A DNA stretch of 64,000 nt from an uncultured Chloroflexia bacterium (GCA_963768705.1 CAVYJE010000027.1:7828-71827); one strand, 5' to 3'. Positions 34,052 through 44,758 are shown, counted from the stretch's first letter. Notes: generated by a model from the sequence alone, not told the origin. A program made the numbers and translations.

Positions 34052-34395
34052 CACCGCGGGTTGAAACCCGCAGCTATGTCCGAAATGCGTACTAACAGAA
34101 GCTACGGGATTGACCCCGCAGTGACATCCGCGCGCTCCAGGTGCCAGCAACTCTACGAGGCGTCGTGGTCTCATGCGATCGGACGGGCGATTGCAGCCGT
34201 CTGGCCCCTCGTCCTTCGCAGGCTCAGGACGAACGGACCAGGGGGCCGCATTGCCAAAGAGACGCCGTCGCGCGCATGACCGCCGAGGTGTGGACACCCC
34301 GGCTACGGGGTTGCGAAGAGTTGCCCGTTTTGCGTCGTGTGGTCTGCAACCTGTATCTCGATACACAGTAGTGCCCCAGCATGCTGGGGCACTAC
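34052..34395. repeat. cluster of REP families A (inverted pair), E, B and D
   Basis: A at 34052-34077 and 34099-34123; E at 34211-34236; B at 34278-34306; D, a 28-bp perfect palindrome, at 34368-34395. Confidence 0.85.
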
Positions 34396-34416
34396 ACAGG
34401 TCGCTTGGGGGCCTTA

Positions 34417-35190
34417 CTAGAGGAAGCGAGTGGGCCAGATCAGGGTGCGCCACATGTGGGCGACCGGGCTGTTGTCGAAGCCGAGACCCTCTTCGGGCTG
34501 CTTGAAGTTGCGCCCGACGATGTCCTCGAACTCCTCCCATTCCACCTTGGCGTTGGGGTCGAAGGAGTAGATGTCGTTGATCGTGATCAGACGGCCCGTC
34601 ATGTACCACTTGTGGTCCTTGATGCGCTCGTAATTCTCCTTGATGTAGTCCTCGGGCTCGAAGTCCTCGCCGAAGAGTCGCAGGTACATCTCGGGGTACT
34701 CGTAGTCCATGGAGGGGTCGGGGAAGAAGCGCAGGGTCTGGTGGGCACGGATGGCCCAGCTGACTTTCTCCGACACGTAGGGCTCGATGAGCTGGGCGCC
34801 CCACCAGCCGTGGTCGCTGCGGATGAAGCCGATGACGGCGATATCGTGCAGGAGGCAGGCGAGGATCGTCTCCTCGTCGTGGCCGGCGTTCATGGCGTGC
34901 TTGGCGGACTGCAGGAGGTGGTTGTTGGGGCCGAAGCGGTACTTGAAGAAGTCGAGCAGGGTGGGCTTCTCCGGCATCTTCTGCAGCCGGGGGTCGTCGC
35001 CCTGGAGGGCGTAGTCCTTGGGGTTGCTCGAACCCACCATGTGGGACTCGTAGCCGGGGCGGCTGGGGTCGGCTTCACCCATGACGAACAGCGGCGACTT
35101 GCCGATGCGCACGTCCAGCTCGTGGAGCATGCTCTCTTCGAGGGCGTCTACCTTCTCGGAAGGGCTCATTCCTGGGGTCTGGCTGGTCAT
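34417..35190 (-). CDS. HD-domain protein (PhnZ/MIOX-like ligand pattern)
   Basis: NHLLQSA, ACLLHDIA, DHGWWGA, RAHQ, INDIY. Confidence 0.75.
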   Translation of the reverse strand: MTSQTPGMSPSEKVDALEESMLHELDVRIGKSPLFVMGEADPSRPGYESHMVGSSNPKDYALQGDDPRLQKMPEKPTLLDFFKYRFGPNNHLLQSAKHAMNAGHDEETILACLLHDIAVIGFIRSDHGWWGAQLIEPYVSEKVSWAIRAHQTLRFFPDPSMDYEYPEMYLRLFGEDFEPEDYIKENYERIKDHKWYMTGRLITINDIYSFDPNAKVEWEEFEDIVGRNFKQPEEGLGFDNSPVAHMWRTLIWPTRFL

Positions 35191-35509
35191 GTCGCTGCTC
35201 CTCTCGCTACGCGGTTGCTACGGGCAAGATACTCCTCCCGTTGACGTTTCGCACGAGTCTGAGGGCCCGAATATTGCGGCTATGAACGTTAGGGCAGCGT
35301 GGCAGATCGGTAGGTAGCTCCTTTAGCGAGCATCTGGGGGGCTCACGACGAACGGCCCGAGCTGCGTCCGGTAACCCGGCTCCTGCATTCGCGAGGCCAT
35401 CAGGCGCAACGTGCTGCCGGGCACGACGGCGCCCTGTGGATGCTTCACAGGCTCAGCATGACAAGGCAACCAGCGCCGTCTATAGGGCTTGGTCACGCAT
35501 GGCAACTGG

Positions 35510-35588
35510 TTGCCCATTTGCCGGGTTTGCCCGTGCCCGTTTGCCCGTTTGCCCGTTTGCCCGTTTGCCCGTTTGCCCGTTTGCCCGT
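35510..35588. repeat. octamer tandem repeat (TTTGCCCG)n
   Basis: About 9 units, 6 of them perfect; a related heptamer (TTGCCGT)n lies at 48069-48095. Confidence 0.9.
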
Positions 35589-35832
35589 GGAGGCTATCGA
35601 CCTGCCTGCATTTAGAACCAGCACGGCAAGCAAGAATTAAGGGAGGCCGGCTAGCGACCTCCCTTTGACCACAGAGGACTCGGCGCGGGCCAGGCAGGAA
35701 AAAGTGAGCGCCGTTGGGATGATGTCCTCGCTCTTACTACGACCGATCCGGGCCAGAAGTTCCCGCGATAGCCCACACCACGTCCGAAAAATCAGGCGCC
35801 CGAACGGCGCGGCGCCTGATCTCGTAGGCTCT

Positions 35833-35852
35833 TACACGCAAACGTGTATGAT
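35833..35852 (+). promoter_or_regulatory. palindromic operator overlapping the -10 box of the XRE gene
   Basis: TACACG-CAAA-CGTGTA (35833-35848) overlaps TATGAT (35847-35852), 7 nt before the ATG. Confidence 0.6.
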
Positions 35853-35859
35853 GAGCGGC

Positions 35860-36102
35860 ATGGCGAAGCGACGGCGGCCGGCGTGGGACGCTGACAAGGT
35901 GAAGGCGCTGCGACAGCACCTGAGGCTGACCCAGGACGAGCTGGCGCAGCGCATGGGCACGCGCCAGCAGACGATCTCGGAGTGGGAGACGGGGATGTAC
36001 GCGCCGCGCGGGGTTTCGGAGCGCATGCTGGGGATGGTGGCGGAGTCGGCCGGGTTTGCCTATGAGGCAGAGCGGGTCGAAGAGGCCGAGGGGGAACCGT
36101 GA
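35860..36102 (+). CDS. XRE-family HTH protein
   Basis: VKALRQHLRLTQDELAQRMGTRQQTISEWETG. Confidence 0.9.
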   Translation: MAKRRRPAWDADKVKALRQHLRLTQDELAQRMGTRQQTISEWETGMYAPRGVSERMLGMVAESAGFAYEAERVEEAEGEP

Positions 36103-36200
36103 ACTTGCCAGAGTGTGTCGGGCAAGCCGGACGAGGCGGGAGGAACGGAGGCTCAACCGCTTCGAGTTTCAAGTTCGGTAGGCGCACGGGAGGCTGCTAG

Positions 36201-36323
36201 CCCTCACCCTAACCCTCTCCCGCTGGGAGAGGGGACCTTCCATCGGGCGTTTCGGAGAGTTGTATGGGCGGGCTTGGTGTTGAAACCAATTACTAACAAC
36301 CAACAACTGAGAACTGACCACTG
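36201..36323. repeat. REP family C copy plus heptamer repeat abutting the next start codon
   Basis: ccctcaccctaaccctctcccgctgggagagggg; actaaca-accaaca-actgaga-actgacc-actg-ATG. Confidence 0.8.
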
Positions 36324-37619
36324 ATGACTACCGCCAAAGCTCTGCGCATCGCCGAGGAGCCCGTCCGCTACGAGGCTGGGGCGGGCACTTGGGCGTGGCT
36401 CAGCGAGCCGCCGCCGGAGCCGCTAGACGAGTCGGAGCTGAGCTGGATCTGGGCGGGGCAGCGCTATCCGGCGGGGGCGCTGAACCTGGTCGATGGGCGG
36501 GGGTTGCGGGTGGTGAACCCGGGGCGGGCGGGCGGCGGTGCCGGGCCGGACTTCCTCGACGCCGTGCTGGAGATCGATGGCGAGGCGGTACGAGGGGATG
36601 TGGAGCTGCATGTGCGGTCGAGCGGGTTTCGGGCCCACGGCCACGATACGGACCCGGCCTACGACGGCGTCGCGCTGCACGTCGTGTTCCGGGCCGACGA
36701 GGGCGCGCAGACCTGTCTCAGCAACGGTGCCCGAGTGCCTGTCGCCGCGTTCGCGCCCTGGTTCGACAGCCGCCGGGACGAGCTGCAACGCTGGCTGGGG
36801 GCCGAGGCGCTGTGGCGGGAACCCTGCCGGGACGCGGTCTGGCGCCTGGGTGAGGAAGGCGTGCGAGGCGTGCTGCGCGAGGCCGGCCTGCGGCGGTTCG
36901 AGGCCAAGGCGGCTGCATTGCGGACCCTGGCGGATGAAATCGGCGAAGAGGAAGCGATCTGGCGGGGCCTGTTCGACGTGATTGGCGTCGGCGGCGACCG
37001 AGAGGGCTTCCGGAGGCTAGCGGCGGCGTTTCCGGCGTCGCTGGCGCGGCGGATCCTGGACATGGCGCCGGAAGACGAAGGCGTCGCAACCCTGCATGGG
37101 GCGCTCACGTATGTCGCCGGGCTTGAGGAGCGTCACGAGTCGGCCATCGAGCTGCCGGCGCCGGTCAGGCCCGCGCTCGCATCCAGCGGCAGGCCGGCAA
37201 ACCGGCCGGGACGGCGGCTGGCGGGGATCGCGGCGCTGTTTGGGCGTGCCGAGGGTGACCTGGCGAGCTTCGTAAGGCGCAACATTGCCAATGCTACTTC
37301 GGTGAAGGCGCTGGTAGCGGGCTGGCAGGTGGCGCAGCAGGGTGTGGCCTTGATCGGGCCGGACCGGGCACGGGAGGTCGTGCTGAACCTGGTGCTGCCG
37401 TTCGCGGCATCGGATCAGTGCCTGCACGAACAAGCGCTGCTACTGCTAAAAGGCCTGGGCGTGGCGCCGGCTTACGGCAAGACGGCGTTTCTCGAGGCCA
37501 ACCTGCGCGCGGTTTCGGGACGCCGGCTGGTGCACTCGGCGCTGGATCAGCAGGGGCTGCTGGGGTTTCTCGGGGAGTGGTGCAGTCAGGGTGGGTGCGG
37601 GCGGTGTCCGTTGTCGTGA
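36324..37619 (+). CDS. DUF2851 family protein
   Basis: DGRGLRVVNPG..GPDFLDA..GDVELH..HGHDTDPAYDGVALHVV; C-terminal QQGLL...C..GGCGRCPL. Confidence 0.88.
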   Translation: MTTAKALRIAEEPVRYEAGAGTWAWLSEPPPEPLDESELSWIWAGQRYPAGALNLVDGRGLRVVNPGRAGGGAGPDFLDAVLEIDGEAVRGDVELHVRSSGFRAHGHDTDPAYDGVALHVVFRADEGAQTCLSNGARVPVAAFAPWFDSRRDELQRWLGAEALWREPCRDAVWRLGEEGVRGVLREAGLRRFEAKAAALRTLADEIGEEEAIWRGLFDVIGVGGDREGFRRLAAAFPASLARRILDMAPEDEGVATLHGALTYVAGLEERHESAIELPAPVRPALASSGRPANRPGRRLAGIAALFGRAEGDLASFVRRNIANATSVKALVAGWQVAQQGVALIGPDRAREVVLNLVLPFAASDQCLHEQALLLLKGLGVAPAYGKTAFLEANLRAVSGRRLVHSALDQQGLLGFLGEWCSQGGCGRCPLS

Positions 37620-37623
37620 CGAA

Positions 37624-37668
37624 GTAGTTAGTTGTCAGTTGTCAGTTGTCAGTTGTCAGTTGTCAGTT
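37624..37668. repeat. heptamer tandem repeat (GTTGTCA)5
   Basis: Read directly, just after the DUF2851 stop codon. Confidence 0.9.
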
Positions 37669-37956
37669 CCTTGAGTCTATTGGTCCGCCAACATGCCAAA
37701 GCTGCCTATAACGAAATGCCTGATGGACTGTCCCCTCTCCCGCTAGGAGAGGGCTGGCAGCCTCTCATGCGCTGAGCCTCGGCCTGACGCATGGGAACCT
37801 CGGCGCTGCGCATCGCTGTCGCGCTGGTTCGACTCCTGAGAGAGAAGAGAAGCATTGGGGGCGATACCCCCCACGCCCCGGCAGCGCTCAGGACAGGCAT
37901 GGCCTGCCGCCCCGGCTACCCCTGCTGTCTCGGACGGCGTTTATACTCGCCTCGCA

Positions 37957-39133
37957 GTGCACATCCGTCGCTTTCAGCTCTCCGGCTTTCGCAACTACCG
38001 CAGCCTCGACCTCGAACCGCCGCCCGGCGCCCTGCTCTTCCTCGGCGACAACGCCCAGGGCAAGAGCAACTTGCTGGAGGCGGTGGCGCTGCTGGCCACC
38101 GGCAAGTCGGTGCGCGCCGGCCAGGACGCCGAGATGATCGGTTGGGGGCAGGAGGCGGGCCTGCAGCCGTTCGCGCGCGTGCACGCCAGCGTCGAGCGGC
38201 GCCAGGGTGCGGTCGAGATCGAGACCATCGTGGCGGGGCAGTCGCCTTTGGGCGCGCCGCAGGGCCGGGGCGGCAAGCGGTTTCGGGTCAACGGCATCGC
38301 CCGGCGCGCCGTCGACTTCGTGGGCCAGCTGAGAGCGGTGCTGTTCACGGCCGACGACCTCGATATCGTATCGGGGCCGCCGGCCAACCGGCGGCGGCTT
38401 CCTCGACACGGCGCTGACCCAGGCCGACCGCGCCTACTACACGGCGCAGCAGCGCTACGGCCGCATCCTGCAGCAACGCAACGCGACACTGAAACGAATC
38501 AGGGAGGGTGTCGCCGGCACCGATGAACTGATGCTGTGGGACGACACGTTCAGTCGCGAAGGTGCGACGATCATGGCAGCGCGGCACCGGGCGGTCCGGC
38601 GGCTGGGCGACCTGGCGGCGGAGTCGCACGTGCGCCTGAGCGGCTCGGCGCTGGAGCTGCTGGAGCTGGCCTACCAACCCCAACTGGGCGAGCAGTGGAA
38701 GGACCTATTGCCGGAGGACGCCACCGCGGCGAGTGTGCAGCCCCTGCTGGCGGCGGCGATGGCGGCGCAAAGGCGTCGAGAAACGGCGGCCGGGCTCTCG
38801 CTGGTGGGGCCGCACCGGGACGACGTGGCGATCCTGCTCAACGGCGTCGCGGCGGCCTCGTTCGGTTCGCGGGCGCAGATTCGTACCGCGGCGCTGTCGC
38901 TGCGCCTGGCCGAGGCGGAGCTGCTGCGCGGCGGCGGCGACCCGCCGGTGCTGCTCCTGGACGACATCCTCTCGGAGATGGACGAGAAGCGACGGGAGGC
39001 GGTGCTAGGCGGTCTGGCGGGGTTCGAGCAGGTGTGGATCACGGCGACTTCGGGGTCGGCGTTGCCGGAGGCGTTTCTTGCGTCGGCGACGACTTACGCA
39101 GTGGAGGCTGGGACGGTCTCCAGGACGAGTTAG
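37957..39133 (+). CDS. recF: DNA replication and repair protein RecF, frameshift near 38395
   Basis: FRNY, GDNAQGKSNLLEA, LQQRNATLK, GPHRDD, FGSRAQ, PVLLLDDILSEMD. Confidence 0.95.
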
Positions 39134-39208
39134 ACTTTCGGAATCAGGCCGGCGACGCGCTGCTGAGCAGAGACGAAACGAGAATCTGAGCGCATGAGTG
39201 GCTTCTAG

Positions 39209-39338
39209 CCCTCACCCTAACCCTCTCCCAGCGGGAGAGGGGACACCGCATCAGGCGTCGCGGAGCCCAACAGTGCTCCGAAGTCCACCACTCGTGACCA
39301 AGAACCAACTACTAACCACTGAGAACTGATAACTGATT
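39209..39338. repeat. REP family C copy plus heptamer repeat
   Basis: C at 39209-39243; accaaga-accaact-actaacc-actgaga-actgata-actgatt at 39297-39338. Confidence 0.8.
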
Positions 39339-39347
39339 ACCCGCCCC

Positions 39348-40281
39348 CTAACTGCTGGACGTGAGGCCCTTGCTCTCGGGGAGGCTGAAGAGCTCGGCGG
39401 CGTGGCCCGGGGGGAGGAGGATGTCGAGGGCGGCGGGGGCGACGGTGAAGCGCACGGGGGTCTCGCCGATGTACTCGCCGTCGACCTGGACGCCGAGGCC
39501 GGGGGTGGCGACTTCGAGCTCTTTTACGCGGCGGAAGGTGACGCCGCGCGCGCCCTGCAGACTGCGACGCACAATGCGCGTGGCGGTGTGGACAAGGCGG
39601 CCGAGGCTGCGACCTTCGAAGATGAAGGCGTCGAGGACGCCGTCGTCGACCACGGCCTCGGAGGCGATGTGGATGATGCCGCCGTAGGAGCGGGTGCTAC
39701 CGAGGAGAAGCCAGTAGAGGCGCGCCTCACGCTCTTCGCCGTCGATGCGCAGGAGGACGTTGTCGGAGCGATAGCGCGCCATGACGCCGGCGCCCCAGAT
39801 CGCGTACGAGGTCGAGCCCAGGAGACTCTTGGGCAGACGGGGCACGGCGCGCACGACGTCGGCATCGAAGCCGACACCGGCCATCATGAGGAAGTAGCGC
39901 TCGTTGGCGCGGCCGAGGTCGAAGCGCCGGCGGTCGCCATCGACGAGGACTTTCAGCGCCTCCTCCGGCGCGCGCGGGATGCCGACTTCGCGGCCGAAGA
40001 CGTCGCCCATGCCGCCGCGCAAGACACCCATGGCGCTCTCCGTGTAGGCGAGGCCGTTGACGACCTCGTTGACCGTGCCGTCGCCACCGCAGGCGAAGAC
40101 GACGCGTGGCGCCGGACTGCGCGGCTTCGCGGGCGATCTCGACGCCGTGGCCGGGCGCATGGGTCGCATGGAGCTCGATCTGCCAGCCTTCGGCGGCGAA
40201 AGCGCTGGCAGCGGCCTCGAGCCGCCAGCGAGGCGGTGCGTTGCGCGAGGCCGGGTTGAGCACGATCACGGCACGTTGCAT
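39348..40281 (-). CDS. diacylglycerol/lipid kinase (YegS/BmrU family), frameshift near 40110
   Basis: VLNPAS, ACGGDGTVNEVVNG, DLG, MAGVGFDA, QVDGE. Confidence 0.92.
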
Positions 40282-40379
40282 CGAGCCCAGTATATGGCTA
40301 AGCCTGTGCTATAGTTGGGCACCGGCGATGGACAACGACGGCTACTCCCCCACTTGGATTTAGAACAGGGCTGGTACAC

Positions 40380-41616
40380 ATGACAAGGGTCGTCGTCACC
40401 GGCCTTGGCGCCGTCACGCCTCTAGGAAATGACCTCGCAACCACCTGGAAAAGCCTGCTGGCCGGCCAGTCCGGCATCGGCCCGATCACGCTGTTCGACG
40501 CCTCCGCTTACGAGTCGACGATCGCGGGCGAGGTCAAGGATTTCGCGCCGGAGCGCTACTTTCCCGCCAAAGAGGCGCGCTACATGGACCGCTACGTCCA
40601 GTTCGCCTGCGCGGCCGCCCTGGAAGCACTGCAGGACGCCGCCATCGAGATCGGCGATGGGCTGGGCCCTTCCACCGGCGTCGTTATCGGCTCCGGCGCC
40701 GGCGGCTCACGTCCTGCTGGAAGAGGGCTTCCACACACTCCAGAAGAAGGGCCCGCGCCGCATCAGCCCCTTCTTCCTGACCAACTTCTTGCCGGACGCC
40801 TCCACCGGCCACGTCGCTATCCTCACGGGCGCGATGGGTCCGAACATGGCGGTCGTCTCGGCCTGCGCCACGGGCGCGGGGTCTATCGGCGAGGCCGCCG
40901 AGATCATCCGGCGCGGCGATGCCGACATGATGATCGCCGGCGGCGCCGAAGCTCCCCTGACGCCGATGCTATACGCCTCGTTCAACGCCCTGCGCGCGGT
41001 CGCCAGCCCGGGCGACGACCCCGCGAGCGCCTGCAAGCCCTTCGACATGCGGCGCGACGGCTTCGTGGTGGCCGAAGGCGCGGCGATGATGATCCTCGAG
41101 AGCATGGAGCACGCGCAGAAGCGCGGCGCCCGCATCTACGCCGAGCTTGCGGGCTACGGCTGCGCCAACGACGCCTTCGACATGGTGGCGTCCGAGGAGA
41201 CGGGCCGCGGCGCGATCCTGGCGATGGAGATGGCCCTGCGGAAGTCGAAGCTGGAGCCAGACCGCATCGGTTACGTCAATGCGCACGGCACCGGCACGCC
41301 GATGAACGACCGCGTGGAGACGCTGGCGATCAAGCGCGTGTTCGGCGAGCACGCCTACCGGCTGGCGGTGAGCAGCACCAAATCGATGACAGGGCACATG
41401 ATGGGCGCGGCCGGCGCCATCGAGGCGGTGTTCAGCGTACTTGCCCTGCACGACCAGGTGCTGCCGCCGACGATGCACTACGAGGTGCCGGACCCGGACT
41501 GCGACCTCGACTACGTGCCGAACGAGGCACGCCCAGCGCAGGACCTCGACGCGACCATGAGCACGTCGATCGGGCTCGGCGGGCACAACGTCGCGCTGCT
41601 GTTCCAGCGGGCCTGA
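40380..41616 (+). CDS. fabF: beta-ketoacyl-ACP synthase II, frameshift near 40705
   Basis: RVVVTGLGAVTPLG, SACATG, KPFD.RRDGFV, NAHGTGT, STKSMTGH, GLGGHN. Confidence 0.95.
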
Positions 41617-41709
41617 CGGCCCTACCTCACCAGCACCGCCCCGGGCAAAGAGGCAAACGGGCATGTTGCCGCGCAGGCGATTCGGGCCGCCCGAGGCATC
41701 GCGGTAGCT

Positions 41710-41860
41710 GCAGTTGCGGGATCGATCCCGCAGTGTTCTTCCCACCGTCCGGTTCTGGTTCGTACTTATGCCACCCTGTCAACACCCGTGAGGCACACGT
41801 GTATGGCGCCCAAGCGCGGGATTGGCGTTTCGACCACTGCGGGATGAATCCCGCAGCTAC
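41710..41860. repeat. REPIN-like inverted pair of REP family A
   Basis: gcagttgcgggatcgatcccgcagtg (41710-41735) ... cactgcgggatgaatcccgcagctac (41835-41860). Confidence 0.85.
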
Positions 41861-41895
41861 CACCGGCTCTAGCGAGCAAGGCGATCGACTCCGAC

Positions 41896-42346
41896 CTACT
41901 TGCTGCCAACCGAGATGTTGGGTACGAACGTGAGGGCGGTGCCGTTGACGTTCACGGTGTATTCGGCGCCGGTCACGAGGTCTGTGCCGAGGCCGATGGC
42001 TAGCGGGTAAGTGCCGTAGATATCGCTGCAGACGCGGCCGTCCACCGGGACGTAGACGTAGACCTCGATGTCGATAGTGCGGTTATTGCGGTTGATCTCG
42101 TAGCCGGCCGGGCTCGGCGCAACCGCTGGGCAGGCCCGCCGTGCCGACGAGACGGTACTCGGTGCCGGTGGTGGGCGTTTCGATGGCGGCTTCGTCGATG
42201 GGGGCGAGGACTCGCTGCATGCCTTCGTGGTCTTGCGCCGGCGAGTCCCCGTCTTCGTTGCCGCCGAAAGCACCGGCTGCGAAGGCGCCGACCGCCAGCA
42301 TGACTACAAGAACGGCGCCGAGGCCGATAAGTGCGCGTCTGAGCAT
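41896..42346 (-). CDS. secreted hypothetical protein, frameshift near 42110
   Basis: Signal peptide; GLPSGC...C....YPLAIGLG....YTVNVNG. Confidence 0.65.
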
Positions 42347-42451
42347 ATCTGCGTCCCTCTCATGAAGTGCGTTTCGGGATTCAGACGAAATACGGAGGGC
42401 TATTGGTTCCAGTCGCCTTGATTGAGACGCTCGCGGCGTACGCCGCTATGA

Positions 42452-42477
42452 CACTGCGGGATGAATGCCGCAGCTAC
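42452..42477. repeat. REP family A copy
   Basis: cactgcgggatgaatgccgcagctac. Confidence 0.85.
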
Positions 42478-42550
42478 GCCTCGGCCACGGTTCCTGCAGT
42501 TCGACGATGAGCACTGATGGGATGACGGCTAGTCACTGAGAGCCAGCGAC

Positions 42551-42910
42551 CTACACGGGCGGGGCTGTGCCTTCGACGTGGGCTTTGAGGTTGGCGAGGC
42601 CGGCGACGAGGAGCATCTCGTAGTTGCGCTTGATGTGACCGAAGGTAACGAGGTAGTAGAGGCTGTACTTCTTGTCCAGGGGTTCGAGGCTGGCAGCGAC
42701 TTCGGTGGAGCCGGCTTCGGGCATCGGCGTCAGGGTGTAGGTGAGCAAGCAGAGCACGCCGGACATATCGACTTTTATCTGGAGTCGCGAGGGCCAGGCA
42801 GAGCCTTCGAGCTGGTAGAGCGACTCGTCGCCCTCGGTGAGGTCGGCCCAGAGGGCGTCCCGAATCGTCTCGGGTGCGGCTTGGATGGCGAAGGCCTTTT
42901 CGATAGACAT
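42551..42910 (-). CDS. hypothetical protein, SRPBCC-like
   Basis: IEKAFAIQAAPETI...GLANLKAHVE. Confidence 0.65.
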   Translation of the reverse strand: MSIEKAFAIQAAPETIRDALWADLTEGDESLYQLEGSAWPSRLQIKVDMSGVLCLLTYTLTPMPEAGSTEVAASLEPLDKKYSLYYLVTFGHIKRNYEMLLVAGLANLKAHVEGTAPPV

Positions 42911-43047
42911 TAGCGGTGAGACCCCTCCCCCAACCCCCTCCCCGCCGGCGGAGAGGGGGCCTCGCGAACCGCATCTCCTTGACATCGTAAGCGGAAATGT
43001 TCATATAGACCGCACAACATCGCTTTCGATTCGCCGGGGAGGGCATC

Positions 43048-44367
43048 GTGCTGAGCAAGCAGGACAACGAGACGCTAACGCAGGTGGGACCGGGGACGCT
43101 GATGGGCGACCTGATGCGGCAGTACTGGATCCCCGCGTTGAAGTCGGACGAGCTGCCGGCGCCGGACAGCCCGCCGCAGCGTCTGCGTCTACTGGGCGAG
43201 GACCTCATCGGCTTCCGCGTGACCTCGGGCGCCGTCGGGATCATCCAGAACGCCTGCCCGCATCGCGGCGCCTCGATGTTCTTCGGGCGCAACGAGGAGG
43301 AAGGGCTGCGCTGCGTCTATCACGGCTGGAAGTTCGACGTGACGGGTGCGTGCGTCGACATGCCGTCCGAGCCGGCCGAGAGCAACTTCAAGACCAAGGT
43401 GCGCACGCGCGCTTACCCCACGCAGGAGCGCCACGGCGTCGTCTGGGTGTACATGGGGCCGCGCGAGGTGCCGCCGCCGCTGCCAGGTATCGAGCCCAAC
43501 CTGGAGGAAGGCGCGACGGTGCAGAAGTTCCTGCGCGACTGCTCCTGGCTGCAGGGCTTCGAGGGCGACCTGGACACGACGCACATCAGCTTCCTCCACT
43601 TCGGCGCCTTCAAGGCAGAGGACATGGAGCCGAAGTCGATGGACTACTACACGATGGCGCGCAAGGACCCGAAGATGATGGTGGTCGAGCGGCCGTGGGG
43701 CGCCACGTACGGCTCCTACCGGCCGGCCGAGGAGGACACGACCTACTGGCGCGTGGCCCAGTACCTCTACCCGTTCTACTCGATGCCGCCGGTGGGCACC
43801 CTGGGCAATCGCAAGGCGATCCTGGCGATCGTGCCGGTGGACGACACGCACATGATGCGGTGGCAGATCAGCATCCCGAACCCGTGGGCGCAGGCCGGCG
43901 CCATCCGCCCCGCCTACGAGCTGCACGAGCAGTACGGCTACCAGCCGGAGACATCGGGGTTCCTGGGCAAGTGGCGCATGGCGCAGAACCGCCACAACGA
44001 CTACCTGCTGGACCGCGAGTTCCAGAAGAACGGCTCCTACACGGGCATCAAGGGCATCGGCATCCAGGACGAGGCGGTGACGGAGAGCATGGGCGAGATC
44101 GTCGACCGCACTCAGGAGCACCTGGGCACCTCAGACCTCATGGTGATCCGGCTGCGCCAGATGCTGCTGCGCAACGCCCGCCGCCTGCGCGAGCACGGCG
44201 AGGTACCGCCCGCGGTCGACAACCCGGAGGTCTACGCGGTGCGCTCCGGCGGCATCGTCCTGCCCAACGGGATCAACGGCGTCGACGCGACGCTGGACGT
44301 GCAGCAGGGCCGCGTACCCCAGGCAGCCTTCGAGCAGGCGATACCGACGCCGAACTTCGGGGTCTGA
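43048..44367 (+). CDS. Rieske non-heme iron oxygenase (phthalate 4,5-dioxygenase/LigXa-like), intact
   Basis: CPHRGAS...CVYHGW, EGDLDTTHISFLH, QDEAVTESMG, EHLGTSD. Confidence 0.94.
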   Translation: MLSKQDNETLTQVGPGTLMGDLMRQYWIPALKSDELPAPDSPPQRLRLLGEDLIGFRVTSGAVGIIQNACPHRGASMFFGRNEEEGLRCVYHGWKFDVTGACVDMPSEPAESNFKTKVRTRAYPTQERHGVVWVYMGPREVPPPLPGIEPNLEEGATVQKFLRDCSWLQGFEGDLDTTHISFLHFGAFKAEDMEPKSMDYYTMARKDPKMMVVERPWGATYGSYRPAEEDTTYWRVAQYLYPFYSMPPVGTLGNRKAILAIVPVDDTHMMRWQISIPNPWAQAGAIRPAYELHEQYGYQPETSGFLGKWRMAQNRHNDYLLDREFQKNGSYTGIKGIGIQDEAVTESMGEIVDRTQEHLGTSDLMVIRLRQMLLRNARRLREHGEVPPAVDNPEVYAVRSGGIVLPNGINGVDATLDVQQGRVPQAAFEQAIPTPNFGV

Positions 44368-44444
44368 GCTTCGAGCTGTGAGCGCGGAGCAATCGAGCCT
44401 TCAGCGATCAGCGATCAGCTGGCGGCTCAGTACGGGCTGCTCTG

Positions 44445-44758
44445 GTCATTGCGAGTGGAGCAAAGCAATCTCGCAGCGTGGCCTGGTGCTCGCTTCGACG
44501 GCACGGGGTGCGAACGCAGCACCGGCAGGAGCCGTAGGAGCGTGGGGCCGCGCATGAGAGCTGGCTGCACGATGCGAGATTGCCGCGTCGGCTGGCGCCT
44601 CCTCGCAATGACCAGGGGTGAGGGTCTACTGTCCTCGCGACGACAGGCGCCCTGTCGTGGCGTCCCAGCATGCTGGGAAGCTACGATGCAGCGGGCCTCG
44701 GCGTGTTGGCCTGTGGTGACAGGCGCTTTGGCCACTGCGGGATGAATCCCGCAGCTAC
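44445..44758. repeat. cluster of REP families F (inverted pair), D and A
   Basis: gtcattgcgag...gcaatct / agattgc...ctcgcaatgac at 44445-44612; degenerate D at 44657-44684; A at 44733-44758. Confidence 0.85.

Noticed and set aside
35860-37619. Toxin-antitoxin pair or prophage module (XRE + DUF2851)
   Set aside because: No recognisable toxin, integrase or phage gene, and a 220-bp repeat-filled spacer separates the two genes.
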